In this document: positions 45,460-55,605 of the stretch, piece after piece | How the letters are laid out: each line of letters starts with the position of its first letter | How positions within the stretch are numbered: the first letter of the stretch is position 1 | Assembly (NCBI GenBank): GCA_947623865.1 | Contig: CANQIC010000008.1 | Span: forward strand, 1,215 to 65,214 | DNA from: an uncultured Clostridia bacterium | GTDB taxonomy: Bacteria; Bacillota; Clostridia; TANB77; CAG-508 | DNA length: 64,000 nt | Direction: 5' to 3' | Notes under the pieces: model-generated | Database searches by the model: none | Told to the model about the DNA's origin: nothing | The model's input: the letters and a program-made list of their open reading frames with translations, nothing else | Program-made: the position numbers and the translations under genes

Positions 45460-45928
45460 TTATGTAATTGTTGTCTTTGCCATTCCAAAAGTACATATCT
45501 CCAAGTTCAATTATAATTTGGCAAGCAATATCATTCTGTGATTCACATACTTTTTTGAAATAATCAGCTATTTTCCTATCTTCACGAGTTTGTTTGCTAT
45601 TATATTTTAATCTTGCTTTTTCAAATTCATCTATATACATTTGCTTAACATCATTTACAATATCATCAGTTCCATAAATTGTTCTAATAAGTTCCTTATG
45701 ATTATGGTAATCTCTTAAATTGTGTTTATTAACATCTGATAAATCTTTTAGGTTTTGAATTGCATTATTAGCTAGCGAAGTAGTTCCCGATAAATTTTCT
45801 TTTGCTACTTTCTTTGCTAATTTACTTTTATTCTTATCACTCCCCAAGTGAAAAAATAGGCTAATTCTTGTTCCAATAAAAACACCTCCTTGAAACTGCT
45901 TCGAAGCACAGGACTTTGACCTTGTCAT
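45446..45928 (-). pseudogene. MobV/Pre-type relaxase N-terminal fragment
   Basis: KHNLRDYHNHK (HNxR-like) and ARLKYNSKQTREDRKIADYFKKV...QIIIELGD resemble the Mob_Pre N-terminus. It truncates after about 160 codons next to the IS30 remnant. Confidence 0.45.
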
Positions 45929-46083
45929 AAGTCCTAACCCCCTATATGTTATGACGTACCATCATAACATGGGGCTCTGCGAGGCAATAAAAATACTTTT
46001 TGTAAAAGAAAAAATCAACCAGATTAATTCTGATTGATTTTATATCTCATTTATTCAACTAAAAGTTCGAACAAAAACGTTGC

Positions 46084-46158
46084 TGGAGGCGTTGGGCGGA
46101 TTCGAACCGCCGAATCAGAGTTTTGCAGACTCGTGCCTTACCACTTGGCTACAACGCC
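46084..46158 (-). tRNA. tRNA-Cys (GCA)
   Basis: Reverse complement is GGCGTTG-TA-GCC..GGC-A-CGAGT-CTGCAAA-ACTCT-GATTC-GGCGG-TTCGAAT-CCGCC-CAACGCC-T-CCA. 7-nt anticodon loop. Confidence 0.9.
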
Positions 46159-46227
46159 ATATGTTTTATTATATGCCAATAAATATTGGATAATGAATAA
46201 TATAAAAGTTTATTTTTAATAAATTTT

Positions 46228-46303
46228 TGGAGCGGGAAACGGGGCTCAAACCCGCGACCTATGCCTTGGCAAGGCATCGCTCTATCAACTGAGCTATTCC
46301 CGC
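46228..46303 (-). tRNA. tRNA-Gly (GCC)
   Basis: Reverse complement is GCGGGAA-TA-GCTC-AGTTGATA-GAGC-G-ATGCC-TTGCCAA-GGCAT-AGGTC-GCGGG-TTTGAGC-CCCGT-TTCCCGC-T-CCA. Normal 7-nt anticodon loop. Confidence 0.9.
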
Positions 46304-46490
46304 AAAAATAAAAGCATAACTATGATAACAAAATTAATTAAAAAAGTCAATAGAAAGAAAACTAATTTTATAAGGCTTAAAATATTTAAAAATCTTAAAC
46401 CTTTTGTTTAAATATTGCTTTTGTTTCGCTAGTTAAATGTAGATTTTTTGCCATAAATTTAACATTTCTATTAAAATTTTACATAATCAG

Positions 46491-46519
46491 TTGAAAATAT
46501 TAAAAAAATGCTGTATAAT
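46491..46519 (+). promoter_or_regulatory. sigma-A type promoter about 300 nt upstream of the adhesin gene
   Basis: TTGAAA-17 nt-TATAAT. Confidence 0.45.
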
Positions 46520-46825
46520 TAATATGTATGAGTACAATTATACAAAATTAGAAACTATTACTATATTTTATATTAATTAAGAAAAGCTTACGGATATTAG
46601 TAATTTGAGTCATTTTTTAAAAAAATGTTAAATATTATATTAAAATGTCATAAAAATGTCATATATGAAAAATTTAAAAATTCAGGTCGAAAAAAACTAT
46701 TTCCGTAGTTACTTACAACTCACTTTTAATAATAAAAAAATCCTTATGAAATATAGTATTGATTTAATTTTTAAAAAATATATAATATATACAAGCACAA
46801 AAATAAGCGATAAAGGATGGTAAAT

Positions 46826-49800
46826 ATGAAAAAGATTAAAATTTTATTAATTGCATTAATATTAATTTTAGGAGGAGTATTTTTCAGTAATACATATGCA
46901 GCAGAAAACACAAGAAATTTAGGAGCTAAATTAGAAAGACCATTTACAAGTTCAAAATATCAGTATACTGTTCCAGATAATCTTAAATATACAATTGTTA
47001 AAATATATGATAATACTGATAAAGTAGGTGAAGAATTAGCATATACTAAAGCTCTATATTGTTTAAGAGGAGGAAAAGGATTTGGAGCAAATATTCAAGA
47101 GGACGGAACAGATATTGCTACTAACCCAATAGAATACACAGAATTAGGAGAAATGCATACAAATGCAAAAGAAGTAATAGAAAAATATAAAGAGTTGTAT
47201 GATGTAGATCTTAATAGAGAAGAAACTATCAATCAAAAAAAAGTAAATATTTATAATGCAATACTATGGATTTTGGATGAATCATATTTACCTACAGACA
47301 GAACAAATGATAATGTTAAAATATATGATGAAGTAGAATACAAAAAAGATTTATTAGATAAAGCAGGAGTACCATATACGCAACAATCAGACATTACTAA
47401 AGATGATATTGAAGTAATACAACAATTAGCAATTTGGTATTTTGCAAACTATGATGAGCAAACAGCTAAAACAAAGCCAACAGTATCACAAGCAACAAAA
47501 TTCCCAGCACAATTTTTAAGTATAAATGAGAAGAATAATATTGATTCGAGAAGAGAAGAAAACCTAAATAGATTATATCAATATTTAATATATGGTGCTA
47601 TTGATAATGCTGCTTCATATACAATAGATTCATCAACAGAAGCAAGAACAAAAGTAATTGAAAAGAATGAATTTGATAAAACTTCACCTTTAACAATGCA
47701 ATATATAGAGATTTCAAACAGACTTGGAAATAAAAATGAAAGTTATTATAAAATAGGACCTATTAAATTTAAAAGTGATGTAAATGATAGAGCAGGAGAA
47801 AAAACAGTAGATACATCAAATGTTGTATTGTATGATTCAAAAGGAAATGCCATTGACAAATTATTTGAAATACCAGAAGAAGATGAAGATACCCACGAGA
47901 TAAAATCGAAGGGATATCATACTATTTATGAATTTATAGATGAAAGTGAACAACCAGTTACAAAATTAAAAAAAGGAACAAATTATTATATAAAATTCAA
48001 ACAAGCATTTGAAAAAGGTTCTGATATTATACCATATATAAATGAAGATGAACAATATGATGTTTCAAAAGTTACAGTTAAGGTGGTTTCTTCATATACA
48101 TTATCAACAGCTAAATTTTTATATAAAGGAAATACGGATCAAGCAGTAGTAGAAATAGAAAAAGAAAAGAAATCTGAAAGTGATGAATTAACAACAGAAA
48201 TATTTGATTTATCTTTAAGAAAATTTATAACATCAATAACACGTAATGGAACAAATATAGATGTAGCAGATAGAACACCAAAAATTGATTTAAGTAAATT
48301 AAATACAATAGATAGTAGAACAAGCAAAAAAATAACAACAGCGACATATATACATCCTAAAAATGCTTTGTTAGTAGAAACGGGAGATAAAGTAGTATAT
48401 ACAATAAGAATATATAATGAAGGAGAAATAGATGGAACAGCAACACAAATAACAGATTACTTACCAGAAGGATTAGAACTTGTAGAAAAATCAGACAGTA
48501 CTATAAATACTACGTATAATTGGACAGCATCAGAAGATGGAAAAACAATTACAACAGATTACTTAAAATCTAAAAAAATAAAAGCATATGATTTAAACAA
48601 AAAAACAGGAACAGATGAAGAAAAATGGCAAAAAGCATCAGTTGGAGATAGTGGATTATACTATGCAGATGTTCAAGTGGAATGTAAAGTTGTTGCAGAA
48701 TTAGCTGAAGAAGACCAAGAACTAAGAAATATAGCAGCAATAACAGCAGATGATGGAGAAGATAGAGATTCAGTTCCAGGAGATCCAGGAAGGAATGATT
48801 ATAATCCACCATCAGACAATAGTTCATATAAAGAAGATGATGATGATTATGAAGATTTAGTATTAAAAACTAAAGAATTTGATTTAAGCCTTCGTAAATT
48901 CATAACAAAAGTAGAAAGAGTAAATAAAAAGACTTCTGAAAAAGAAGAATTACCTATGACTTCTAGAGAGCCTGTAATAGAGATAAAAGCTTTAAAAGAT
49001 GGAACATCTGATACAGCAAGATACATACATCCAAAAGATAAATTAAGCTTAAAAAGAGGAGATATAATTTACTATACAATAAGAGTATATAATGAAGGTG
49101 AATTAGCTGGTTATGCAAAAGAAGTAAAAGATTACCTTCCAGAAGGTTTAGAATTAACCAATGATGAAGCAAACAAAATATGGACAGCAGAGGGAAACAC
49201 ATTAACTACAAAAACTTTAGAAGAAAAAGAATTATTAGGTTATGATAGAAGCAAAACAGAAGCATCAGAAGGATGGCAAAAGGCATCAGATGATAATACA
49301 GGATTATACTATTATGATTTACCAGTTGTATGTAAAATAAAAGATGATGTTCAAGATGGAGCAACATTGACAAACATAGCAGAAATATCAATTGATGAAT
49401 CAAAACCAACAGATATAGATGATAGAGATTCTCAACCAAAAAACTTCCCAGATGCTGATAAAAACAATAACTATGAGGGAAATGGAAATGATAATGGATA
49501 TTTCCCAGGAAAACAAGATGATGATGATTTTGAAAGAGTAACAGTTGAACCTGATGAAGTATTTGACTTATCTTTAAGAAAATTCATAACATCTATAAAA
49601 CGTGGTGGAAACGAAGTAGAAATTGGAGATAGAACACCAAAAATTGATACAACAACATTAATAAATGGTACATTTGATAGAAATGGAAATAAAGAATATA
49701 CAGCAACATATGAACACTCTAAGGAACCACTAGTTGTAAAAAAAGGAGATATAATTACATATACATTAAGAGTATACAACGAAGGCGAAAAAGATGGATA

Positions 49801-51646
49801 CGCATCTGAAATTACAGATTATATTCCAGAAGGATTAGCTTTAATATTAAACTATAATACAAACTTTAATAATGGATGGAGATTACCAACAAATTTAGAT
49901 AATAATAAAATATTGAAATTAGTTGGAGAAGATGGATTCTATAAAACAGAAGAAGATGTAAAAAATCTTAAATTAGATGATTTTTCAGACACAACAAGTC
50001 TAAGTGATGTTCAATTAGTAACAGGAGAAGTAAATATAACAACAACTCAATTAGATAATCAGTTATTAAAAGCATTTGATAAAGATAAAACAGAGGCAGA
50101 AGATGGATGGCAAAAAGCAGACACAGGTGATGGAGGACTATACTATAAAGATGTTCAAGTATCATGTTTAGTAATTGCAGAAAATACATATAAAGATACA
50201 ATAACAAATGTTGCAGAAATATCAGAAGATAAGGATAAAGACGGAAAAGATGTAACAGATAGAGACTCTGTACCAAATGACAAAAAAGATCCATACACAA
50301 CTTGGCAGGAAGATGATGATGATTATGAGCCAGTAGTATTAAAATATTTTGATTTAGCACTTCGTAAATTCATAACAGGTGTTGAAACAAATGGAAAAAC
50401 AGAAAATGTAACATCAAGAATACCAAATCCAAAAATTGGAGAAGATGGAAACATAGTATATGAACATGGCAAAGATCCAGTATCAGTTGCAAATAATGAT
50501 ATAGTAATATACACATTAAGAGTATATAATGAAGGAACACTTGCAGGATATGCAGAGGAAATAACTGATGATATTCCAGAAGGATTAATCTATTTACCAG
50601 ATCATGATGTTAATAAGCAATATGAATGGAAAATGTTTGATAAAGATGGAAAGGTAACAAGCAACTTAGAAGAAGCAGTAACAATAAAAACAGAATATTT
50701 ATCAGAAGCAAAAGAAAAATCAGAAAACAGAGACAACTTAATAAATCCATTTGATAGCAGTAAAGCAATAAGCACAGAAAAACCATTAAATCCAGATTAT
50801 AGAGATGTAAAAATAGCATTTAGGGTAATTGAACCTAATACATCAGATAGAATACTAGTAAATAGTGCACAAATATCAAAAGATAGTGATGATGATGAAG
50901 ATTCAGATCCAGGAAAATGGAATGAAGGAGAAGATGATCAAGATAGAGAGTATGTCTATGTAAAATACTTTGATTTGAGTTTATTAAAATGGGTAACAAA
51001 AACGATAGTAACAGTAGATGGAAAAACAACTACAACAGAAACAGGATTTAAACCAAATACAGGTAAAACAGAAACAGGAGGAATAAGAGAAAATGATGAA
51101 AATGAACCTGTTGCAAAAGTAGAACTAGACAGAAAAAAATTAAATAAGACCACAGTAAAATTTGTATATAAAATAAGAGTAACAAACGAAGGAGAAATTG
51201 CAGGATATGCAACAGAAATAACTGACTTTATTCCACAAGGATTAGAATTTAAAGCAGAAGATAATAAAAAATATGGATGGGTAAAAGAAGGAGATAAAAA
51301 AGTAACAACAAGAGCATTAGAAACAGTATTATTACAGCCAGGAGAAAGTGCAGAAGTAGAAATTACATTTACATGGAAAAAAGATAAAAACAACTTAGGA
51401 TTAAAAACAAATATAGCAGAAATAACAGAAGACTATAATGAATACAACTCAAAAGATATAGACTCAACTACAAATAATAAAAAAGATCCATATGAAAAAG
51501 AACAAGAAGACGACGATGACTTTGCACTAGTAATATTATCTTTAAAAACAGGTAAAGGAATGTCTTATACAATACTAATAACAGCAATAGTAACATTACT
51601 AGCAGGAGGAATATACTTAATAAAGAAATATGTATTAAGATTTTAA
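46826..51646 (+). CDS. cell-surface adhesin: N-terminal thioester-like domain, five DUF11-like repeat domains, sortase-type C-terminal anchor
   Basis: Signal peptide. ALYCLRGG plus IQQLAIWYF (Cys / TQxA(I/V)W-like). Five repeats beginning FDL(S/A)L(R/L)K(F/W)(I/V)T and ending DRDS.P...DDDDYE. C-terminal LSLKTG, then TM, then KKYVLRF. Confidence 0.7.
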   Translation: MKKIKILLIALILILGGVFFSNTYAAENTRNLGAKLERPFTSSKYQYTVPDNLKYTIVKIYDNTDKVGEELAYTKALYCLRGGKGFGANIQEDGTDIATNPIEYTELGEMHTNAKEVIEKYKELYDVDLNREETINQKKVNIYNAILWILDESYLPTDRTNDNVKIYDEVEYKKDLLDKAGVPYTQQSDITKDDIEVIQQLAIWYFANYDEQTAKTKPTVSQATKFPAQFLSINEKNNIDSRREENLNRLYQYLIYGAIDNAASYTIDSSTEARTKVIEKNEFDKTSPLTMQYIEISNRLGNKNESYYKIGPIKFKSDVNDRAGEKTVDTSNVVLYDSKGNAIDKLFEIPEEDEDTHEIKSKGYHTIYEFIDESEQPVTKLKKGTNYYIKFKQAFEKGSDIIPYINEDEQYDVSKVTVKVVSSYTLSTAKFLYKGNTDQAVVEIEKEKKSESDELTTEIFDLSLRKFITSITRNGTNIDVADRTPKIDLSKLNTIDSRTSKKITTATYIHPKNALLVETGDKVVYTIRIYNEGEIDGTATQITDYLPEGLELVEKSDSTINTTYNWTASEDGKTITTDYLKSKKIKAYDLNKKTGTDEEKWQKASVGDSGLYYADVQVECKVVAELAEEDQELRNIAAITADDGEDRDSVPGDPGRNDYNPPSDNSSYKEDDDDYEDLVLKTKEFDLSLRKFITKVERVNKKTSEKEELPMTSREPVIEIKALKDGTSDTARYIHPKDKLSLKRGDIIYYTIRVYNEGELAGYAKEVKDYLPEGLELTNDEANKIWTAEGNTLTTKTLEEKELLGYDRSKTEASEGWQKASDDNTGLYYYDLPVVCKIKDDVQDGATLTNIAEISIDESKPTDIDDRDSQPKNFPDADKNNNYEGNGNDNGYFPGKQDDDDFERVTVEPDEVFDLSLRKFITSIKRGGNEVEIGDRTPKIDTTTLINGTFDRNGNKEYTATYEHSKEPLVVKKGDIITYTLRVYNEGEKDGYASEITDYIPEGLALILNYNTNFNNGWRLPTNLDNNKILKLVGEDGFYKTEEDVKNLKLDDFSDTTSLSDVQLVTGEVNITTTQLDNQLLKAFDKDKTEAEDGWQKADTGDGGLYYKDVQVSCLVIAENTYKDTITNVAEISEDKDKDGKDVTDRDSVPNDKKDPYTTWQEDDDDYEPVVLKYFDLALRKFITGVETNGKTENVTSRIPNPKIGEDGNIVYEHGKDPVSVANNDIVIYTLRVYNEGTLAGYAEEITDDIPEGLIYLPDHDVNKQYEWKMFDKDGKVTSNLEEAVTIKTEYLSEAKEKSENRDNLINPFDSSKAISTEKPLNPDYRDVKIAFRVIEPNTSDRILVNSAQISKDSDDDEDSDPGKWNEGEDDQDREYVYVKYFDLSLLKWVTKTIVTVDGKTTTTETGFKPNTGKTETGGIRENDENEPVAKVELDRKKLNKTTVKFVYKIRVTNEGEIAGYATEITDFIPQGLEFKAEDNKKYGWVKEGDKKVTTRALETVLLQPGESAEVEITFTWKKDKNNLGLKTNIAEITEDYNEYNSKDIDSTTNNKKDPYEKEQEDDDDFALVILSLKTGKGMSYTILITAIVTLLAGGIYLIKKYVLRF

Positions 51647-51665
51647 TAAAACAAAAAAAGATAGA

Positions 51666-51700
51666 AGATTAGAAGAATAAAATTCTTCTAATCTTTTTTA
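51666..51700 (+). terminator. adhesin terminator
   Basis: Stem agattagaagaa/ttcttctaatct followed by a T-run. Confidence 0.7.
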
Positions 51701-51779
51701 ACAAGGAATTTTCTTAAATTTATTTACAAATACAAAAATATTATGTTATAATTCTATTTAGAAAAAAAGGGAGAATAAT

Positions 51780-52748
51780 ATGAATCAAATACTATTAACA
51801 AATAATCAAAACAATAACAAAAAAAACAATAAATATAATGGAAATAATTCAAAAGATATGAAGAGAATCATTATATTTTTTAGTATTGCGATATTAGTTT
51901 TTGCTATACTAATAATAGGTGTATATGCATATAAAATATCTAAAAATAAAAATAAAGAAGAACAACCTATTGGAAAGCCTGAATTATCATTAGAAGAAAC
52001 AGAAAATGAAGTAAAAATAATAGCTAAATCAGAAATAGGAATAAACAAAATAATATATACATGGAATGATGATGAACCTAAAGAAGTAGAAATGAATGGT
52101 AGAACAGACCATGAAGAATCAATAGAAGTACCAGAAGGAGAAAACAGCTTAAAAGTAAAAGTTATTGATCAAAATGGTGAGGAAATTGAAACTAGTAAAG
52201 ACTTCTACAGAGAAGAAGATAAAGAAAAACCAAAAATAGAAACAGATGAAACTATAGGAAATGGAAAAGTAAAAATTACAGCTACTGATGAAAATAATAC
52301 ATTAAAATATATAACATACAAATGGAATGATGAGCAAGAAACTACAATTGAAGCTGAAGATGAAAGTCAAACTTTGATAGAGACAACAATTGATGTTAAA
52401 AGAGGAAAAAATACACTTAAAATAACAGCAGTTAATGGATTAGCTAAAGAAGCAACAGTAGAAAAAATATTTAATGGAGTAAACAATCCAGTATTTGAAG
52501 TTACAAGGGATAAAAATAAATTATACATGAAAATAACACATGACATGGGATTCAAAAAAATAGAATTTACTGTAAATGGACAAGAATATGTATATGATGA
52601 GAATTTTTCGGGATATAACCCAGAACAAAAAGAAATATCATATAAGTTTGACTTAAAAACAGGAGAAAATACAGTAATTATACATGCTATTAGTACAGAA
52701 GATACAGAAGATACATATAGAGGAAAATGTAATTATACGGCAGAATAA
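51780..52748 (+). CDS. membrane-anchored protein with repeated Ig-like modules
   Basis: N-terminal TM. Repeated Y(T/K)WND(D/E)..E motifs. No family recognised. Confidence 0.45.
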   Translation: MNQILLTNNQNNNKKNNKYNGNNSKDMKRIIIFFSIAILVFAILIIGVYAYKISKNKNKEEQPIGKPELSLEETENEVKIIAKSEIGINKIIYTWNDDEPKEVEMNGRTDHEESIEVPEGENSLKVKVIDQNGEEIETSKDFYREEDKEKPKIETDETIGNGKVKITATDENNTLKYITYKWNDEQETTIEAEDESQTLIETTIDVKRGKNTLKITAVNGLAKEATVEKIFNGVNNPVFEVTRDKNKLYMKITHDMGFKKIEFTVNGQEYVYDENFSGYNPEQKEISYKFDLKTGENTVIIHAISTEDTEDTYRGKCNYTAE

Positions 52749-52775
52749 ATAAAATACTAATGATAGGAGAATTAA

Positions 52776-53708
52776 ATGTTTCAAGAAATATATATTATTG
52801 ATTGTGAAAATGATTTAGTAATGATGCTAAGAGAAAAATTTAAAAAAGAAAAAACATTCAGATTTAAAAACATAAATCCAACAAATTTAGATGTTGCTCT
52901 TAAAAACATACCAGATTTAATTATAGTTAATGAACAATCAATTAATACAGATGTGATTGATATATGTAAAAAAATTAGAGAGAATGAAGATAATAGCATT
53001 ACTCCTGTCTTAGTTGTTTCATCAAAGAATGATGAAGAACATAAAATATCAATTATGAAAAATAGCATTGAATATATAATTTCAGCAAACGCAAGTGATG
53101 AATATATATATTATGTAATAAAAAATGTAACTAGATTGATGTCTGTAAACAGAACAGTTAGCCCACTTACTGCACTCCCAGGTAATGTACAAATACAAAC
53201 CGAATTAAAGAAAAGACTATTAAGAAAAGAGACATTTCAAGTATTATATCTAGATTTAGATAATTTTAAAGCATTTAATGATGTATATGGATTTATAAAA
53301 GGAGATGAAATAATAAAATTAACTGCAAGGATAATTACTAAAAACATACACACATTAGAAGATTCGGATGTTTTTGTAGGACATATTGGTGGTGATGATT
53401 TTGTTGCGATAGTAGATGAAAACGTTAATCACGATACAGTTTGTCAAAATATAATTGCTGAATTTGATAAAGAAGTATTAAAATATTTTAATGATATTGA
53501 TATAGAAAGAGGATATATTGAAGTTTCTAACAGAAAAGGTATTATCGAAGAATTTCCACTTACTTCAATATCAATAGGAGTTGTGGTAGCAGATAAAAAG
53601 AGATTTTCTAATATACTAGAGATAAGTGAAGTTGGAGCACAAGTTAAACACTTAGCAAAAACTACGATGGGAAGTTCATATGCTATAGATAGAAGGGAAT
53701 TACATTAA
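52776..53708 (+). CDS. GGDEF-domain protein with a receiver-like N-terminal domain
   Basis: DLDNFKAFND.YG...GD and HIGGDDFVAIV (GGDDF variant of GGDEF). Confidence 0.75.
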   Translation: MFQEIYIIDCENDLVMMLREKFKKEKTFRFKNINPTNLDVALKNIPDLIIVNEQSINTDVIDICKKIRENEDNSITPVLVVSSKNDEEHKISIMKNSIEYIISANASDEYIYYVIKNVTRLMSVNRTVSPLTALPGNVQIQTELKKRLLRKETFQVLYLDLDNFKAFNDVYGFIKGDEIIKLTARIITKNIHTLEDSDVFVGHIGGDDFVAIVDENVNHDTVCQNIIAEFDKEVLKYFNDIDIERGYIEVSNRKGIIEEFPLTSISIGVVVADKKRFSNILEISEVGAQVKHLAKTTMGSSYAIDRRELH

Positions 53709-53765
53709 ATAATAATAAGAATAAAATAAAAAACACTTCATATAAATACAATATGAGGTGTTTTT

Positions 53766-54511
53766 ATGATTATATTGGATAGAAAGAAAATATTGTTTAC
53801 TATAGGAATAATAACGATGTTTATATTTACATATATGATAACTGGTTATAATGTAAGCAATAGCAACAAAAATGATAATATTGATGTAGAAACTGTGCAA
53901 ACTGTAGCACTTCCAGTAGATAATAAAGTTATAATATTAGATGCACGGTCATGGAATTCCTGATGAGGGAGCAGAAAGTAGCACGCGGCACAACAGAAGC
54001 AGAAAGCAACTTAAAAATAGCATTAAAAGTACAAAACCTATTAGAACAGTCTGGAGCAACAGTAATACTTACGAGATCTGATGAAAATGCAATATATGAT
54101 ATAGATAGTAAAACACTAAAGCAAAAAAAAATATCAGACATCCATAATAGAGTTAAAATTGGAAACGAATCTAGTGGAGATATATTTGTATCAATACACT
54201 TAAATAAAATACCACAGCAACAATACTGGGGATGGCAAACATTTTACAAAGGAGAAAGTGAAGAAGGACAAAAACTTGCAACTTCAATACAGAACAGTTT
54301 AAATGAATCAATTCAGAAAGACAATACAAGAGTACCAATGAAAATAGATAATATATATATTGTAAAACATGTAGAAATACCTACTACAATTGTAGAATGT
54401 GGATTCTTATCAAATCCAGAAGAAGAACAATTACTATTAACAGATGACTATCAAAATAAATTAGCATGGGGAATATATACAGGAATAATGGATTATTTTT
54501 ATCAAAATTGA
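53766..54511 (+). CDS. cwlD: germination-specific N-acetylmuramoyl-L-alanine amidase. Needs +1 corrections at CGG 53946 and 53986.
   Basis: The corrected protein reads VIILDA-G-HGIPDEGAESST-G-TTEAESNLKIALKVQNLLEQSGATVILTR...FVSIHLN...VECGFLSNPEEE. Confidence 0.85.
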
Positions 54512-54529
54512 AAAGGAGCAAATCCTTTT

Positions 54530-54563
54530 CTTTTTTCTTTTTTTGGACGGACTAGATTTAGCC
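54530..54563. repeat. REP element upstream of the RAYT gene
   Basis: cttttttctttttttggacggactagatttagcc. Confidence 0.75.
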
Positions 54564-54732
54564 TTTTTTAATTTCCAAAGAATTTTATATCAAATTTTGT
54601 CGTAAAGTTTAAGTTGAAAATATATGAAATTTATTTTAAAATAATTATAGTATTTAATCTAAAATTTTTATTCAAATTAATTTTTAATCTAAATTTTAAC
54701 GTCTTAAATCTCGAGAGATATGGAGGTAAAAA

Positions 54733-55530
54733 ATGAATAGAAAAGCAAGATGTAGCTATGAAAATGGCTTTTTTCATGTTATGGTCCAAGGGATAAATAA
54801 AAAATATATATTTGAAAAAAGCATTAATAAAGAAGAATATTTATCATTATTATTGAAGTATAAAGAAAAATTTAAAATAACATTATTGGCGTATTGTATT
54901 ATGGACAATCATGCTCATTTATTGATATATACGGATAAAATTTATGAAATGTCAAGATATATGAGAATAGTAAACTCGATATTTGCTAAAGACTATAACA
55001 GAGCTACCGACAGAGTAGGATATGTTTTTAGAGACAGGTTTAATAGTCAATATATAGACAATAAAGACTATCTCTTAAAATGTTTGAAATATATACACAT
55101 GAATCCTGTTAAAGCAAATATAGTTGAGAAACCAGAAGAATATAATTATTCTACATATAATAATTTTTTAAAAAGAGATGGAATTATAAATGATGATGTA
55201 ATCAATAAAATTTTTGGTGATAAAAATAATTATCTTGAAAGATTTATAAATATTTCTAATGAAGAGATAGAAGTAATGGATATAGATAGAGAACAAGAAA
55301 ATCTTATGGTAGCAGTCAGGAATTATATAGAGAATAATAAGATTAGTTTAGAAACTATAAAGAAAGATAAAAAGATGTTAAAAGATTTTTGTAACTACTT
55401 AATTATTGAAAAACAATATAAACAGATACAAATTGCAGATTTATTAAATTGTGATGTTAAAAAAATTTATTATATCATTAAAAAAATAAAAGAGACTAAA
55501 TCTAGCCCGTCCAAAAAAAGAAAAAGGTAG
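54733..55530 (+). CDS. REP-associated tyrosine transposase (IS200/Y1 transposase-like)
   Basis: FFHVM.QG, the HUH motif DNHAHLL, YVFRDRF and YIHMNPVKA (catalytic Tyr region). The 3' end overlaps a REP copy. Confidence 0.8.
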   Translation: MNRKARCSYENGFFHVMVQGINKKYIFEKSINKEEYLSLLLKYKEKFKITLLAYCIMDNHAHLLIYTDKIYEMSRYMRIVNSIFAKDYNRATDRVGYVFRDRFNSQYIDNKDYLLKCLKYIHMNPVKANIVEKPEEYNYSTYNNFLKRDGIINDDVINKIFGDKNNYLERFINISNEEIEVMDIDREQENLMVAVRNYIENNKISLETIKKDKKMLKDFCNYLIIEKQYKQIQIADLLNCDVKKIYYIIKKIKETKSSPSKKRKR

Positions 55531-55598
55531 AAAAGTGGTTTTGAATGTGCTAAAATAACAAAAGACTAAATTTAGTCCGTCCAAAAAAAGAAAAAAGG
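55494..55598. repeat. two REP copies, inverted relative to 54530-54563, downstream of the RAYT gene
   Basis: gactaaatctagcccgtccaaaaaaagaaaaagg (55494) and gactaaatttagtccgtccaaaaaaagaaaaaagg (55564). Confidence 0.8.
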
Positions 55599-55605
55599 AG
55601 AGGTT

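Larger units (their letters stand above)
22650..46060. mobile_element. putative genomic island (T4SS-like cluster plus cargo) between lgt and the tRNA-Cys/tRNA-Gly pair
   Basis: Accessory gene content. MobV and IS30 remnants at the tRNA-proximal end. No intact integrase, relaxase or coupling protein seen. Boundaries are approximate. Confidence 0.4.

Noticed and set aside
46034-46219. 61-aa ORF on the + strand
   Set aside because: It overlaps tRNA-Cys on the opposite strand, and its translation is driven by the tRNA sequence.
46228-46303. Could the tRNA-Gly in the window be the quadruplet (CGGN) decoder?
   Set aside because: It folds as a normal tRNA-Gly with a 7-nt anticodon loop TTGCCAA (anticodon GCC). 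The neighbouring tRNA is an ordinary tRNA-Cys(GCA). Neither explains the CGG sites.
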